From positions 1,632,001-1,696,000 of the forward strand of contig OZ240219.1 of the NCBI GenBank assembly GCA_965197645.1: 64,000 bases of DNA. Reading direction: 5' to 3'. Positions 30,430 to 39,215 of the stretch are shown here, one piece after another. Both the position numbers and the translations under genes were made by a program. The notes under the pieces were generated by a model that did no database searches, was not told the DNA's origin, and saw nothing but the letters and a program-made list of their open reading frames with translations. The stretch comes from Dehalococcoidia bacterium (GTDB lineage Bacteria; Chloroflexota; Dehalococcoidia; Plut-88900). Within the stretch, counting starts at the first letter, position 1. Each line of letters opens with the position of its first letter.

Positions 30430-31320
30430 TCACTCTCGACCGACTCTGTGGGGAGTGAGCTTCCTTCCGAACCAGGACCCGGGCAGCCCCCGCAGCGTAG
30501 TCCGGCCCGAGCCCAGCGGTGTGTGTTTCAGCCAACTATAGATGGCGAAGGACGCCAGGATGATCGCTCCACCGACTACCGCGTCTAGGAAGTAGTGATT
30601 TCCCGTGACGACGATGGACGCCAACGAGAGGGCCGGGTAAACGAAACCGAATACCTTCAGTGAGGGGTGGCTGCTGCGAATGAAAATCATCCCGAATAGC
30701 AACGTCCACCCGAAGTGCATGCTGGGCATGGCGGAGTACTGGTTGTAGTAGTCGATGGCCTCGGAGCTGTTGTACAGGGCCGGCCCCAGCAGCTCGATGG
30801 TGTCAACGAAGCCGTACTCCGGCATCAGCCGAGGAGGAGCTGTCGGGAAGCCGAGGTATACCAGCCAGGTCATGCCATAGCTGATGAGAAACACGTTGCG
30901 ATAGTAAACGTAGGTTGGATACCGCTTGATGAACAGGACTATGGCGGCGGGAATAAGCACAGGGAAGAAGCCGAGGGTGTAGACCCAATTGAAGAACACT
31001 ACGACGGCGCTATGGTTCTTCAGCAACCACTCCTGGATACTCTGTTCCCAGAACCCTCCCAACGCCGCTTCCAGGTTGATGATAGTGTGGGCGTTTTCGA
31101 AGGCGACGCTCTCCAGGTCTTGTGTGAACAGGTGCTTGACGCCGATGTAGGCCAGATAACCGGCGATGAGAAGGAGCAACTCAGCGACGTACCGGTTACG
31201 GGCTAGTGTCATGGTCCACCAAACGTACTGTGAAACAGGCCGTTGCCTTAACCAGGAGGAGGACGACGATGGGCGCAAACTTGCTGCTTGGAGTCCATCC
31301 GGCCGGTTTTGGGATGTCAA
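30430..31320 (-). CDS. PAP2-superfamily membrane protein (AUR1/IPT1-like, PAP2_3)
   Basis: APPR, AMPSMHFGW, TGNHYFLDA motifs; multiple TM helices; start uncertain. Confidence 0.85.
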   Translation of the reverse strand: MTSQNRPDGLQAASLRPSSSSSWLRQRPVSQYVWWTMTLARNRYVAELLLLIAGYLAYIGVKHLFTQDLESVAFENAHTIINLEAALGGFWEQSIQEWLLKNHSAVVVFFNWVYTLGFFPVLIPAAIVLFIKRYPTYVYYRNVFLISYGMTWLVYLGFPTAPPRLMPEYGFVDTIELLGPALYNSSEAIDYYNQYSAMPSMHFGWTLLFGMIFIRSSHPSLKVFGFVYPALSLASIVVTGNHYFLDAVVGGAIILASFAIYSWLKHTPLGSGRTTLRGLPGSWFGRKLTPHRVGRE

Positions 31321-31349
31321 GATAAGCCGGAGCGGGAACTAAGCTAGGG

Positions 31350-32066
31350 CTACTCGGCGGACTTGCGCTCGATGACGCCTCGAGCGTGGGCGTCTATCAA
31401 GTCGAAGAACTCGGGGTGGAACTTGGCGTCGATGCCCACCACGTTGTTGCCGATCAGTATCAACCCGCTGACCCCTTCAAACACCACGCCGTCACAAAGC
31501 TGTCTATTCGAAAATGATATTCGGTACTCGGACCCGGAAGCGTCCAGCTCCCCAGAGGCGCCCGCACAGGAGAAGACGTTGGCGTCGTGCTCGTCGACGG
31601 CCGCGGCGGTCGATTCCATGAAGCCATCGAAAAGCCGTTTAGCCGCTTCCTCGTCCCCCAAGGACTGCATCCACCAGGTTGAGAAGAATCCACCGGAGTT
31701 CATGTCGCAACGAAGAATTGTCGAAGGTGTCTCACTCTGGTGAAACATCCGGAACACTCTATCGATGTTGATCTTCGGCTCGTTGTCCACATCGGCCTGG
31801 AAAACGTTGGTTACTTCGCCCAGCTCTCCGGGTATCGACATCAGGCAATCTTCGTCTCCCAGCGAGGTCATGTAGTCCCCGCCGGCGGCCGGGACCGAAG
31901 TCGGCGTATCGACTGGTGGAGAGGTTGGCTGTGCATCAGTCGTGGGCTCGGGGGCCGATTCGATGGGTTCAGCGGTCGACGGCTCGGACGTTCTGTTGCA
32001 TGCGGCCAGGACAAGCACCAGCACGGCAACACAAATGATACATAAAGCTGTTTTGCGAGGGTTCAT
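31350..32066 (-). CDS. Putative lipoprotein with Pro/Thr linker
   Basis: Signal peptide ending LVLAAC, PT/PE-rich linker, four further Cys. Confidence 0.7.
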   Translation of the reverse strand: MNPRKTALCIICVAVLVLVLAACNRTSEPSTAEPIESAPEPTTDAQPTSPPVDTPTSVPAAGGDYMTSLGDEDCLMSIPGELGEVTNVFQADVDNEPKINIDRVFRMFHQSETPSTILRCDMNSGGFFSTWWMQSLGDEEAAKRLFDGFMESTAAAVDEHDANVFSCAGASGELDASGSEYRISFSNRQLCDGVVFEGVSGLILIGNNVVGIDAKFHPEFFDLIDAHARGVIERKSAE

Positions 32067-32193
32067 GGATCACACGGGACGTCGTCTGGATAACATACAG
32101 AGCATCGGGGGGGATTGTACAACATTTACATCGGTGAGATGCGCTGCCTGAACGGGTGGATTGCTGAGATACGGGGCTGAAACCGGATGATGC

Positions 32194-33126
32194 CTACTGT
32201 GGCTCTTCCCGTCGCAACTGGTCCAGGATGCCGGATACGTGAGCCCGGGCATTGTCGTCGTCTGTCAGCGCCAGCGCTTTTTCCAGGTCTGCGATGGCCA
32301 TAGCCGTCCTGCCGGTGCGTGCGTAGACTATAGCTCGATTGTTGTAGGCCAAGACGTTCTTGGGATCGATTGTCAGAGCTGCGTTTACGTCCTCGAAGGC
32401 TTGGCCGTCGGCGCCCTTATCGAGATGGGCAGCAGCCCGATTGACGAGGGCGACGGCGGAGTCGGGGTGCTCTTCCAAGACCGTCGTGGCATCGGCAATC
32501 GCCTGGTCGAAGTCTCCCTTGTAGCGGTGGGCTTCGCCTCTATCTATGTAGGGTTGGGGCAGCCTGGGGTCCAGCTCTATCGCCTTTGAGGCATCGTCTA
32601 TGCACCGGTCCAGGGCGCCCAGCTGCAGGAAGGCGCTGGCCCGGTTGCTGTACGCCAAGGGATAGGCGGGATCCAGCCCTACTGCGTTGTTGTAGTCCCC
32701 CAACGCCATCCTCAGCTTGCCCTGCCCTCTATAGGCCCCGCCCCTGTTGACGTAAGCCGATACCGAATCGGGGTTCAGGCTCAGAGCCTCGTTGGCATCA
32801 TCCAAAGCTTTGTCGAGATCACCCTTTCTCAAGTATGCGGCGGACCTGGCGGTGTACGCATCCGCGTTGTTGGGGCTCAGCATCAAGACCTTGGTGGCAT
32901 CCATTATTGCTTTGCCATACTCTCCCTGGAGGACGTGCAGCTCGCTCCGGTGGAGATATGCTGCGACTTGCGTGCCGTCCAGCTCCAACGCTTTGCTGAA
33001 AAGCTCGATGGCGCCCTCGATATCTTCTTCGTTTCTTAGCTCAACGCCGCGCTCCAGGTAGCACCGGGACTGTTCCTGCGCCTCTTCCGTTATGGAGGTA
33101 TCTTTATTCATATCCAGTTGGAGCAA
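32194..33126 (-). CDS. Tetratricopeptide repeat protein (8 TPRs)
   Basis: Eight consecutive 34-aa units YxxR...AxxD..kAl.l.P. Confidence 0.9.
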   Translation of the reverse strand: MLQLDMNKDTSITEEAQEQSRCYLERGVELRNEEDIEGAIELFSKALELDGTQVAAYLHRSELHVLQGEYGKAIMDATKVLMLSPNNADAYTARSAAYLRKGDLDKALDDANEALSLNPDSVSAYVNRGGAYRGQGKLRMALGDYNNAVGLDPAYPLAYSNRASAFLQLGALDRCIDDASKAIELDPRLPQPYIDRGEAHRYKGDFDQAIADATTVLEEHPDSAVALVNRAAAHLDKGADGQAFEDVNAALTIDPKNVLAYNNRAIVYARTGRTAMAIADLEKALALTDDDNARAHVSGILDQLRREEPQ

Positions 33127-33152
33127 GAAGCCCTATGCCCAGGCGGGCCGAC

Positions 33153-35021
33153 TTATATGTACTCCTTGACCCGCTCCGCCAACGATCGGGTCATTCCCAT
33201 TACCGCCGCCAAGTCGTCTATCTCCGCCTCTCGGATGGCCTTCACGGAGCCAAACTTTCGCAGAAGCGCCTTCTTTCGTTTGGGCCCGATGCCGGGCACG
33301 TTGTCCATGATGGACCTTACCCCGGTCTTCTTGCGCAGCTGCCGGTGAAAGGTTATTGCGAACCGGTGGGCCTCGTCCCTGAGGCGCTGCACCAGATAGA
33401 GGGCCTGGGAGCTGCGGGGCAGGATTATCGGCTCGCTGGAATCCGGCCGGAATATCTCCTCGTACTGCTTGGCGATGCTGGCCAGGGGCACGTCGGCCAC
33501 ACCCAACTCCAACATCACCTGGTGGACCGCGCTCAGGTGGCCTTTTCCGCCGTCTATCATCACCAGGTCCGGTATCCGGCCCCAGCTTCCATTTTGCTTT
33601 CGACCGTTCGCCTCGTCGCTGTTCCTATCGTCTCTCGGTGAGTCCTTCATGCGGCGGAACCGACGTCTCAGCATCTCCTGCATCATCGAGTAGTCATCTA
33701 TGCCCTCCACCGTCTTGATTTTGAATCTACGGTACTGGGAGGGCGCCGGCTCGCCGTCCTGGAAGACCACCATGCTGCCGACGGGGTTGCTGCCCTGGAT
33801 GTTGGATATGTCGTAGCACTCCATCCGCGCGGGCCTGGTCGGTAGGTTGAGCTGCTCCTGGATCTCGTCCAGAGCCTGGGAGATAGCATCGCTGTTGGCC
33901 ATCCACTTCACTCTGTGTTGGGCCAGGCCTTGAGCGGCGTTCTCGGCAACCAGGTCCACCATGTGCCGACGTTCGCCCCGGCTGGGTCGCCGGACCTCCA
34001 CCTTTCGGCCCCGCTTGTTCTCCAGCCAGGTACGAATCAAGGACAGGTCTTCGGGAGAATGCTGGGTCAGAATGAGGGGTGGGATGTACGATGCAAAGTC
34101 GTAGAACTGCTTGAGGAAGCTGGCCATGATCTGTGCATCAGACTCGTCCTGGGTCCCCTCCATGATGAAGTGGTCCCGGCCCACCAGCTTTCCTTCCCGA
34201 ACGAAGAAAGCCTCGACCCAAGCCTCGTCCTGGGAGCGGGCCATGGCCACGATATCCTCGTTGGCCAGCAGACGAGATACCATCTTCTGGGCTTGGGAGA
34301 CCTTTTCTATGGCCCGTACCTGGTCCCGGAGCGCCGCTGCCCGTTCGAACTGGAGCTCCTCCGCGGCCTGGTTCATGCCATGGGTCAGGTCCTGGACTAC
34401 GGCTTCGTGTTTACCTTCGAGAAAAAGGACCACCTGGTCGATGACTTTGTGATACTCCTCCTTGTCCGCCGCCCCTATGCAGGGCCCGACACACCGGTGA
34501 ATGTAGTAGTCCAGGCACGGACGAACGTCCTCACCGGTGATGGTCTTGGTACAGGAGCGATAGGGGAACAGCTTCTTGATCAGGTCGAGGGTCCTTCGAA
34601 CGGAGCTGGCGCTGGCGAAGGGCCCGAAGTACCGGGAGCCGTCCTCGTCCTGCCGCCGGGTGAAATAGACCCTGGGGAACTCCTCTTTAAGGTCGATTTT
34701 GATGTAAGGATAGGTCTTATCGTCTTTGAGCCGGACGTTGTAGCGAGGCTTGTGCCGCTTGATCAGGATGTTCTCCAGGATCAGCGCCTCTTGCTCCGAA
34801 TCGGTTACCACGTACTCGTACTCGGCCACCCTCGACATCAGGGTCCTGAGCTTGGAGGGCAGCAACGAGGAGTCGGCAAAGTAAGACCGGACGCGGCTTC
34901 GCAAACTGGCCGCTTTACCCACGTAGAGGACCTTTCCCGTGGCGTCCCTGTAGATGTAGACGCCGGGCTTTGTCGGGGTTGCCTTTACCTGGCTGGTCAG
35001 CGACTTGGTGGTCATAGCCAA
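33153..35021 (-). CDS. uvrC: Excinuclease ABC subunit C
   Basis: GIY-YIG (PGVY..LYVGKA), ECYDISNIQG, IDGGKGHL, RDEAHRFA, HhH. Confidence 0.98.
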   Translation of the reverse strand: MAMTTKSLTSQVKATPTKPGVYIYRDATGKVLYVGKAASLRSRVRSYFADSSLLPSKLRTLMSRVAEYEYVVTDSEQEALILENILIKRHKPRYNVRLKDDKTYPYIKIDLKEEFPRVYFTRRQDEDGSRYFGPFASASSVRRTLDLIKKLFPYRSCTKTITGEDVRPCLDYYIHRCVGPCIGAADKEEYHKVIDQVVLFLEGKHEAVVQDLTHGMNQAAEELQFERAAALRDQVRAIEKVSQAQKMVSRLLANEDIVAMARSQDEAWVEAFFVREGKLVGRDHFIMEGTQDESDAQIMASFLKQFYDFASYIPPLILTQHSPEDLSLIRTWLENKRGRKVEVRRPSRGERRHMVDLVAENAAQGLAQHRVKWMANSDAISQALDEIQEQLNLPTRPARMECYDISNIQGSNPVGSMVVFQDGEPAPSQYRRFKIKTVEGIDDYSMMQEMLRRRFRRMKDSPRDDRNSDEANGRKQNGSWGRIPDLVMIDGGKGHLSAVHQVMLELGVADVPLASIAKQYEEIFRPDSSEPIILPRSSQALYLVQRLRDEAHRFAITFHRQLRKKTGVRSIMDNVPGIGPKRKKALLRKFGSVKAIREAEIDDLAAVMGMTRSLAERVKEYI

Positions 35022-35110
35022 CCCAATTTTAGCACGATGCGCAGCGGCGGTTGGTCATTAGCCCGAGCTATCGGGTGGATTCAGCGAGGAGATCTGGGAG
35101 GTGGGGGAAG

Positions 35111-35458
35111 CTATCCCACAACTACGGCCAGGATGCCGATGGTGATGAAGATCCCTACGGAGAAGATGCCGATCCGCTTCACGTCCCGTACCACGTAGGC
35201 ATAGGGCCAGGGCGCCGCCGTCGCCACTTCCGGTATTGTGCCCACCGGCTCGGGAGCCGTTCCAAGTTCGGCCGGTCCTGTGCCGACGTTGGCGGCATCG
35301 CCGGTCTGCTCCACGGGCTCTGATATCTCTTCCGGCGCAACGTCGGAAGTCGCAGCGGGTTGGATGGGCTCGGGTCGGGACTTTGGCTGCCGTTTCAGCT
35401 TACGGCGTCCGGCCAGGGCGGCTTGTCGAGCGGCGAGTTTTCGAGACTTTCTAGGCAA
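35111..35458 (-). CDS. Small hypothetical protein, basic N-terminus and C-terminal TM helix
   Basis: YAYVVRDVKRIG followed by hydrophobic helix; TATAAT shortly upstream. Confidence 0.6.
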   Translation of the reverse strand: MPRKSRKLAARQAALAGRRKLKRQPKSRPEPIQPAATSDVAPEEISEPVEQTGDAANVGTGPAELGTAPEPVGTIPEVATAAPWPYAYVVRDVKRIGIFSVGIFITIGILAVVVG

Positions 35459-35544
35459 TGTTCATCCTATCGGCTGTTTAGTCAATTATAGGTAGGAAGA
35501 TATTCGGGTGCAAGGAGACCTTAACGCCGAGGGCATCCACGGGT

Positions 35545-36258
35545 TCATAGCAACTCGGTGAGGCTGGTTATGATCCGGTCGGGCCTGACCTTCGCGGTTT
35601 CCGGCGGTCCATCTCCCCTCGGGTTTACCCAGATGCCGGTGATCCCCAGCTTCTGTGGGCCTCCGACGTCCCACTCCAGGTTGTCCCCAACCATCCACGT
35701 TTCGGCGGCGCTGGCATCGAGCTGTTCCAGGGCGTGGCGATAAACTCGCTGGTCCGGTTTGCCGACCCCGAACTCGCCTTCGACGAGAATGTAGTTGAAC
35801 AACGGTCCGAGCCCAAACCGATCGATCTTGCTCCGCTGGGCCTCTTTGTTGCCGTTGGTGATCAGCGCCAGTCCTATGCCATCCTCGCCGAGCCGCTTTA
35901 CCGTTTCGATGGCTCCGGGAAAGGGGGTCACGCTGGTCTCCCTGATCTTGGAGTAAGACTCCGACAGCTCTTCTGTCAGAGCCTGATCAGCGACGCCGAG
36001 GCTATTGAGGGCTTTGGAGACGATCTCCTGAACGGGATTGATCATCCTGAGCCGGCCCCTTCTATGGCGTTCCGGGTCGCTCCAGAACCATCGGCTCGTG
36101 GACTTCAAGGCGTCCAGTAACTGGCCCACCCCCACGTTTTCAATCCGGCCGGCAAATCGTTGACATACGTCGTACCAGCACTTGTTGGATACGGACCCGT
36201 AAGCGAGGATCGTATCGTCTAGATCAAGTAGGATCGCTTTGGGGAGAGAACGGCTCAT
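35545..36258 (-). CDS. HAD-superfamily hydrolase
   Basis: DLDDT, ITNG, KP, VGDNLEWDV motifs. Confidence 0.9.
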   Translation of the reverse strand: MSRSLPKAILLDLDDTILAYGSVSNKCWYDVCQRFAGRIENVGVGQLLDALKSTSRWFWSDPERHRRGRLRMINPVQEIVSKALNSLGVADQALTEELSESYSKIRETSVTPFPGAIETVKRLGEDGIGLALITNGNKEAQRSKIDRFGLGPLFNYILVEGEFGVGKPDQRVYRHALEQLDASAAETWMVGDNLEWDVGGPQKLGITGIWVNPRGDGPPETAKVRPDRIITSLTELL

Positions 36259-36329
36259 GATATCGGTACGAGGCGGTCCGGTCTGACGATAGGGCCTGGA
36301 GACAACTGGTGTGATCCCAGGGGTGAGGA

Positions 36330-37247
36330 CTATTCGGCTCTGGGATGGGCTTTGTCGTACTCAGACCTTACGTGGTCGCTGGCCAGGTGGGTATACACCT
36401 GGGTAGTGGAGATGTTGGCGTGACCCAAGAGCTCCTGGACGTGCCGCAGGGGAGCTCCATTCCTGAGCATGTGGGTGGCGAAGCTGTGCCTCAGAACGTG
36501 GGGTGTGATGGGGGAGGTGATGCCGACCTCTCGGGCGTAGCCTTTGAGAATCAGCCAGAACCCCTGGCGTGTGAGCCTGTCGCCGCGGCGGTTGAGGAGC
36601 ATCGCTTGCTCATCGGAGCTTCTGAGAAGCCGGCGGCGTCCGTTCTCCATGTAATCGGCCAACGCCTTGGACGCCTCTTGGTGAATGGGCAGAATCCGCT
36701 CCTTGGCGCCTTTGCCCATGCATCGTATCTGATGGTTCTCCAGATCGGCGTCCTGGACATTCAGGGAGACCAGCTCGGTCACTCTCATGCCCGTTGCATA
36801 CAGGAGTTCCATCATCGCCCAGTCTCGTTTTCCTTCGGGAGATGAGCCGGACCGGGACCTGGCGCTCTCGATAAGGCTGTTGATCGCTTCGACGCTGAGG
36901 GCCTTGGGCAGCGCCCTGCCCACCTTAGGAGATGAAAGGTTCTCCGTCGGCGAGGTCTCCAGTTCCCCCTCCTCCACCATGAACGCGAAGAAGGACTTGA
37001 TGGCGGCCACCTTTCGGGCGATGGTCGAGGACTTGAGGGTCCTATCGTGGAGGTCCATCCCGTAGCTGGCTATCACAGCCTCGTCAACGTCGGACCAGTT
37101 GGTAATCGTTTTGGAGCCGTGGTTGTGGTTGCCCTGCAGAAAGCTCAGGAACTGGTAAAGATCGTTTCGGTAGGCGAACAGTGTGTTGGATGAAAGGCCT
37201 CGCTCCACTGTTAGATGGTTGAGATAGGTGTCGATGGCGGGCTTCAC
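36330..37247 (-). CDS. xerD: Tyrosine recombinase XerD
   Basis: ERGLSSNTLFAY, ATGMRVTEL, GKGAKER, LTRQGFW, HVLRHSFATH, LGHANISTTQVY. Confidence 0.93.
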   Translation of the reverse strand: MKPAIDTYLNHLTVERGLSSNTLFAYRNDLYQFLSFLQGNHNHGSKTITNWSDVDEAVIASYGMDLHDRTLKSSTIARKVAAIKSFFAFMVEEGELETSPTENLSSPKVGRALPKALSVEAINSLIESARSRSGSSPEGKRDWAMMELLYATGMRVTELVSLNVQDADLENHQIRCMGKGAKERILPIHQEASKALADYMENGRRRLLRSSDEQAMLLNRRGDRLTRQGFWLILKGYAREVGITSPITPHVLRHSFATHMLRNGAPLRHVQELLGHANISTTQVYTHLASDHVRSEYDKAHPRAE

Positions 37248-37446
37248 ATCTCAGCTCCTTAACGTCTTATGACTTTCGCGTTTGCTTTCACAATTAAACA
37301 TTTTAGCATAGGGCGTTACGGGATGTGCAATTAAGTCTTGCGGTAAACCGGGAAATTCTTGACCCTGGAGCCCATTGATTACTACACTAGGTTATAGTTG
37401 GTACGGGGGACGCCGTTGTAAATCATATCGGCACATTTCCTGGCTT

Positions 37447-38259
37447 ATGCTCGAAATAGATCTCGATCCTAATCTGTTTGGCGGCCTTACCTGGCACGGG
37501 GTGTACACGGCCCTGGCGGTGGCTATGGCAGTGGTTGTCGTGGCCCGGCTGGCCCCCAAGCTGGACGTTGATCCCTCTGTAGTCTACTCTACAGCCACCT
37601 GGGCCGTCCCCGGCGGGATCGTAGGAGCCCGCTTGATTCACGTCATAGACCACTGGGGCTTCTACAGCGACAATCCCCTGGACATCATCTACTTTTGGCA
37701 AGGCGGCGTGGCCCTCTTCGGAGCGATACTCGGCGGGGCGTTGGTCGGTGTGGTCTACGCCCTGTTCCGGGGCTATCCGATGGCGAAGCTGGCGGACCTG
37801 ACTGCTCCGGCATTGCTCATCGCCCAGGCCGTAGGGAGAGTCGGCGACGTTATCAACGGTGAGCACTTCAGCAATCCCACCGGCCTTCCCTGGTCCTGGG
37901 TACATATCCATGATCGCTGGCCGGGAAACCCCGTCCTGGCTCCGACGCCCAACGAGGGAGGCTACCATCCATCCGTGGGATACGAAATGGTACTGGACTG
38001 CGTCCTTCTATTCGTGGTCTGGAGACTCGTTGGAAGGGTCGCACCCAACGGGATGGTCATGCTCATATACCTGGTCCTGTACTCGCTGGGGAGATTCGCC
38101 ATCCAGTTCACCAGGGTAGATGCCGAACGCGCAGGCTCTCTGCAACAGGGACACATCATCGCCCTGGCTACCATCGGAGTGGCGCTGCTATGGATCGTCC
38201 TGCTTCAGGTGCGGCATCGCCAGAGGCTGGCCGGTGTCTCTGCAGCCGAACATCAGTAA
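37447..38259 (+). CDS. lgt: Prolipoprotein diacylglyceryl transferase
   Basis: WHG, GIVGARLIHV, QAVGRVGDVINGE, HPSVGYE, GRFAIQFTR. Confidence 0.85.
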   Translation: MLEIDLDPNLFGGLTWHGVYTALAVAMAVVVVARLAPKLDVDPSVVYSTATWAVPGGIVGARLIHVIDHWGFYSDNPLDIIYFWQGGVALFGAILGGALVGVVYALFRGYPMAKLADLTAPALLIAQAVGRVGDVINGEHFSNPTGLPWSWVHIHDRWPGNPVLAPTPNEGGYHPSVGYEMVLDCVLLFVVWRLVGRVAPNGMVMLIYLVLYSLGRFAIQFTRVDAERAGSLQQGHIIALATIGVALLWIVLLQVRHRQRLAGVSAAEHQ

Positions 38260-38396
38260 CCAACCGTAGCTCGGAACGTTATCTAAACGATAGCCTCTGA
38301 TAGAATGTGGGCAACTAGGCGTCCCTGAGTTCCTGGGAAGTCATACGGCAGACTAGTACTGACAGACGGCAAGTAGCTGGTTAAGGGGATAGAGAC

Positions 38397-39215
38397 TTGG
38401 ATTCCGATACGCAAGTCACATCGGGGGGTGTGCCCGGAATGGGGATAGTGAGGTCCTTCTCGCTGCCACCTTTCCTACATTCCCTGGCGTTTGTAACCGG
38501 CTTCTCCATAGTTTTCACCGCCCTGGGCGCCGCGATAGGCCTTGCTGGGCCGGGAGGCTGGAGGGACTGGCTCGAGATCGCCGCCGGCATCGTCCTCATC
38601 ATCCTGGGGTTCAATCTCAGCGGAGTGATCAGATTCGGTCGGTTGACCGAGTTCCTGTACCGGGAACGGAAGCTCAACATCGGTGTGGGGGAAAGGCCCA
38701 GCTACTTCAGGTCCTCCGTGGTGGGATCGGCGTTTGCCATCGGTTGGACCCCCTGCGTCGGGCCGATACTGGCCGGCATTCTCTCCCTGACGCTGGAAGG
38801 CTCGGTAGTCCAGGGCGCTATATTGATGTTCGGCTACTCTTTGGGACTGGGAATACCCTTCTTGGGAGTCGGCGCCTTCCTGGGAGTCGCCAGGCGATGG
38901 CTGAGGAAGATCAATCCGTACATGGAAGCGATCGAGCTCTTCAGCGGACTCCTGCTGGTCTTCATCGGCGCCCTGATAGTCACCGATTCTCTGCTGCTGC
39001 TCAACAGCTACTTCTCATTCATCCCCGAGGTCACCGGCAGTGGAGAGGTCATCAGCATGGGGCTGGGATCACTGATAATCGCATTCGGCGGAGGAGTCCT
39101 CTCATTCCTGTCGCCGTGCATCCTGCCGCTGGTCCCCATCTGGCTCGGATACATGGCCGGCTCCACCCTGGATGGACAGCGCGCCGTTCCCCAGCCGGCG
39201 CCGTCCACCAGCTAG
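38397..39215 (+). CDS. ccdA: CcdA/DsbD-beta family disulfide transporter, apparently circularly permuted
   Basis: FVTGFSIVF, GWTPCVGPIL, YSLGLGIPF, and SFLSPCILPLVP at the C-terminus. Confidence 0.88.
   Translation: MDSDTQVTSGGVPGMGIVRSFSLPPFLHSLAFVTGFSIVFTALGAAIGLAGPGGWRDWLEIAAGIVLIILGFNLSGVIRFGRLTEFLYRERKLNIGVGERPSYFRSSVVGSAFAIGWTPCVGPILAGILSLTLEGSVVQGAILMFGYSLGLGIPFLGVGAFLGVARRWLRKINPYMEAIELFSGLLLVFIGALIVTDSLLLLNSYFSFIPEVTGSGEVISMGLGSLIIAFGGGVLSFLSPCILPLVPIWLGYMAGSTLDGQRAVPQPAPSTS

Noticed and set aside
36330-37247. Tyrosine recombinase as a possible integrase or mobile element
   Set aside because: Has XerD-specific motifs (ERGLS.NT..AY, LTRQGFW) and housekeeping neighbours; no att sites or cargo
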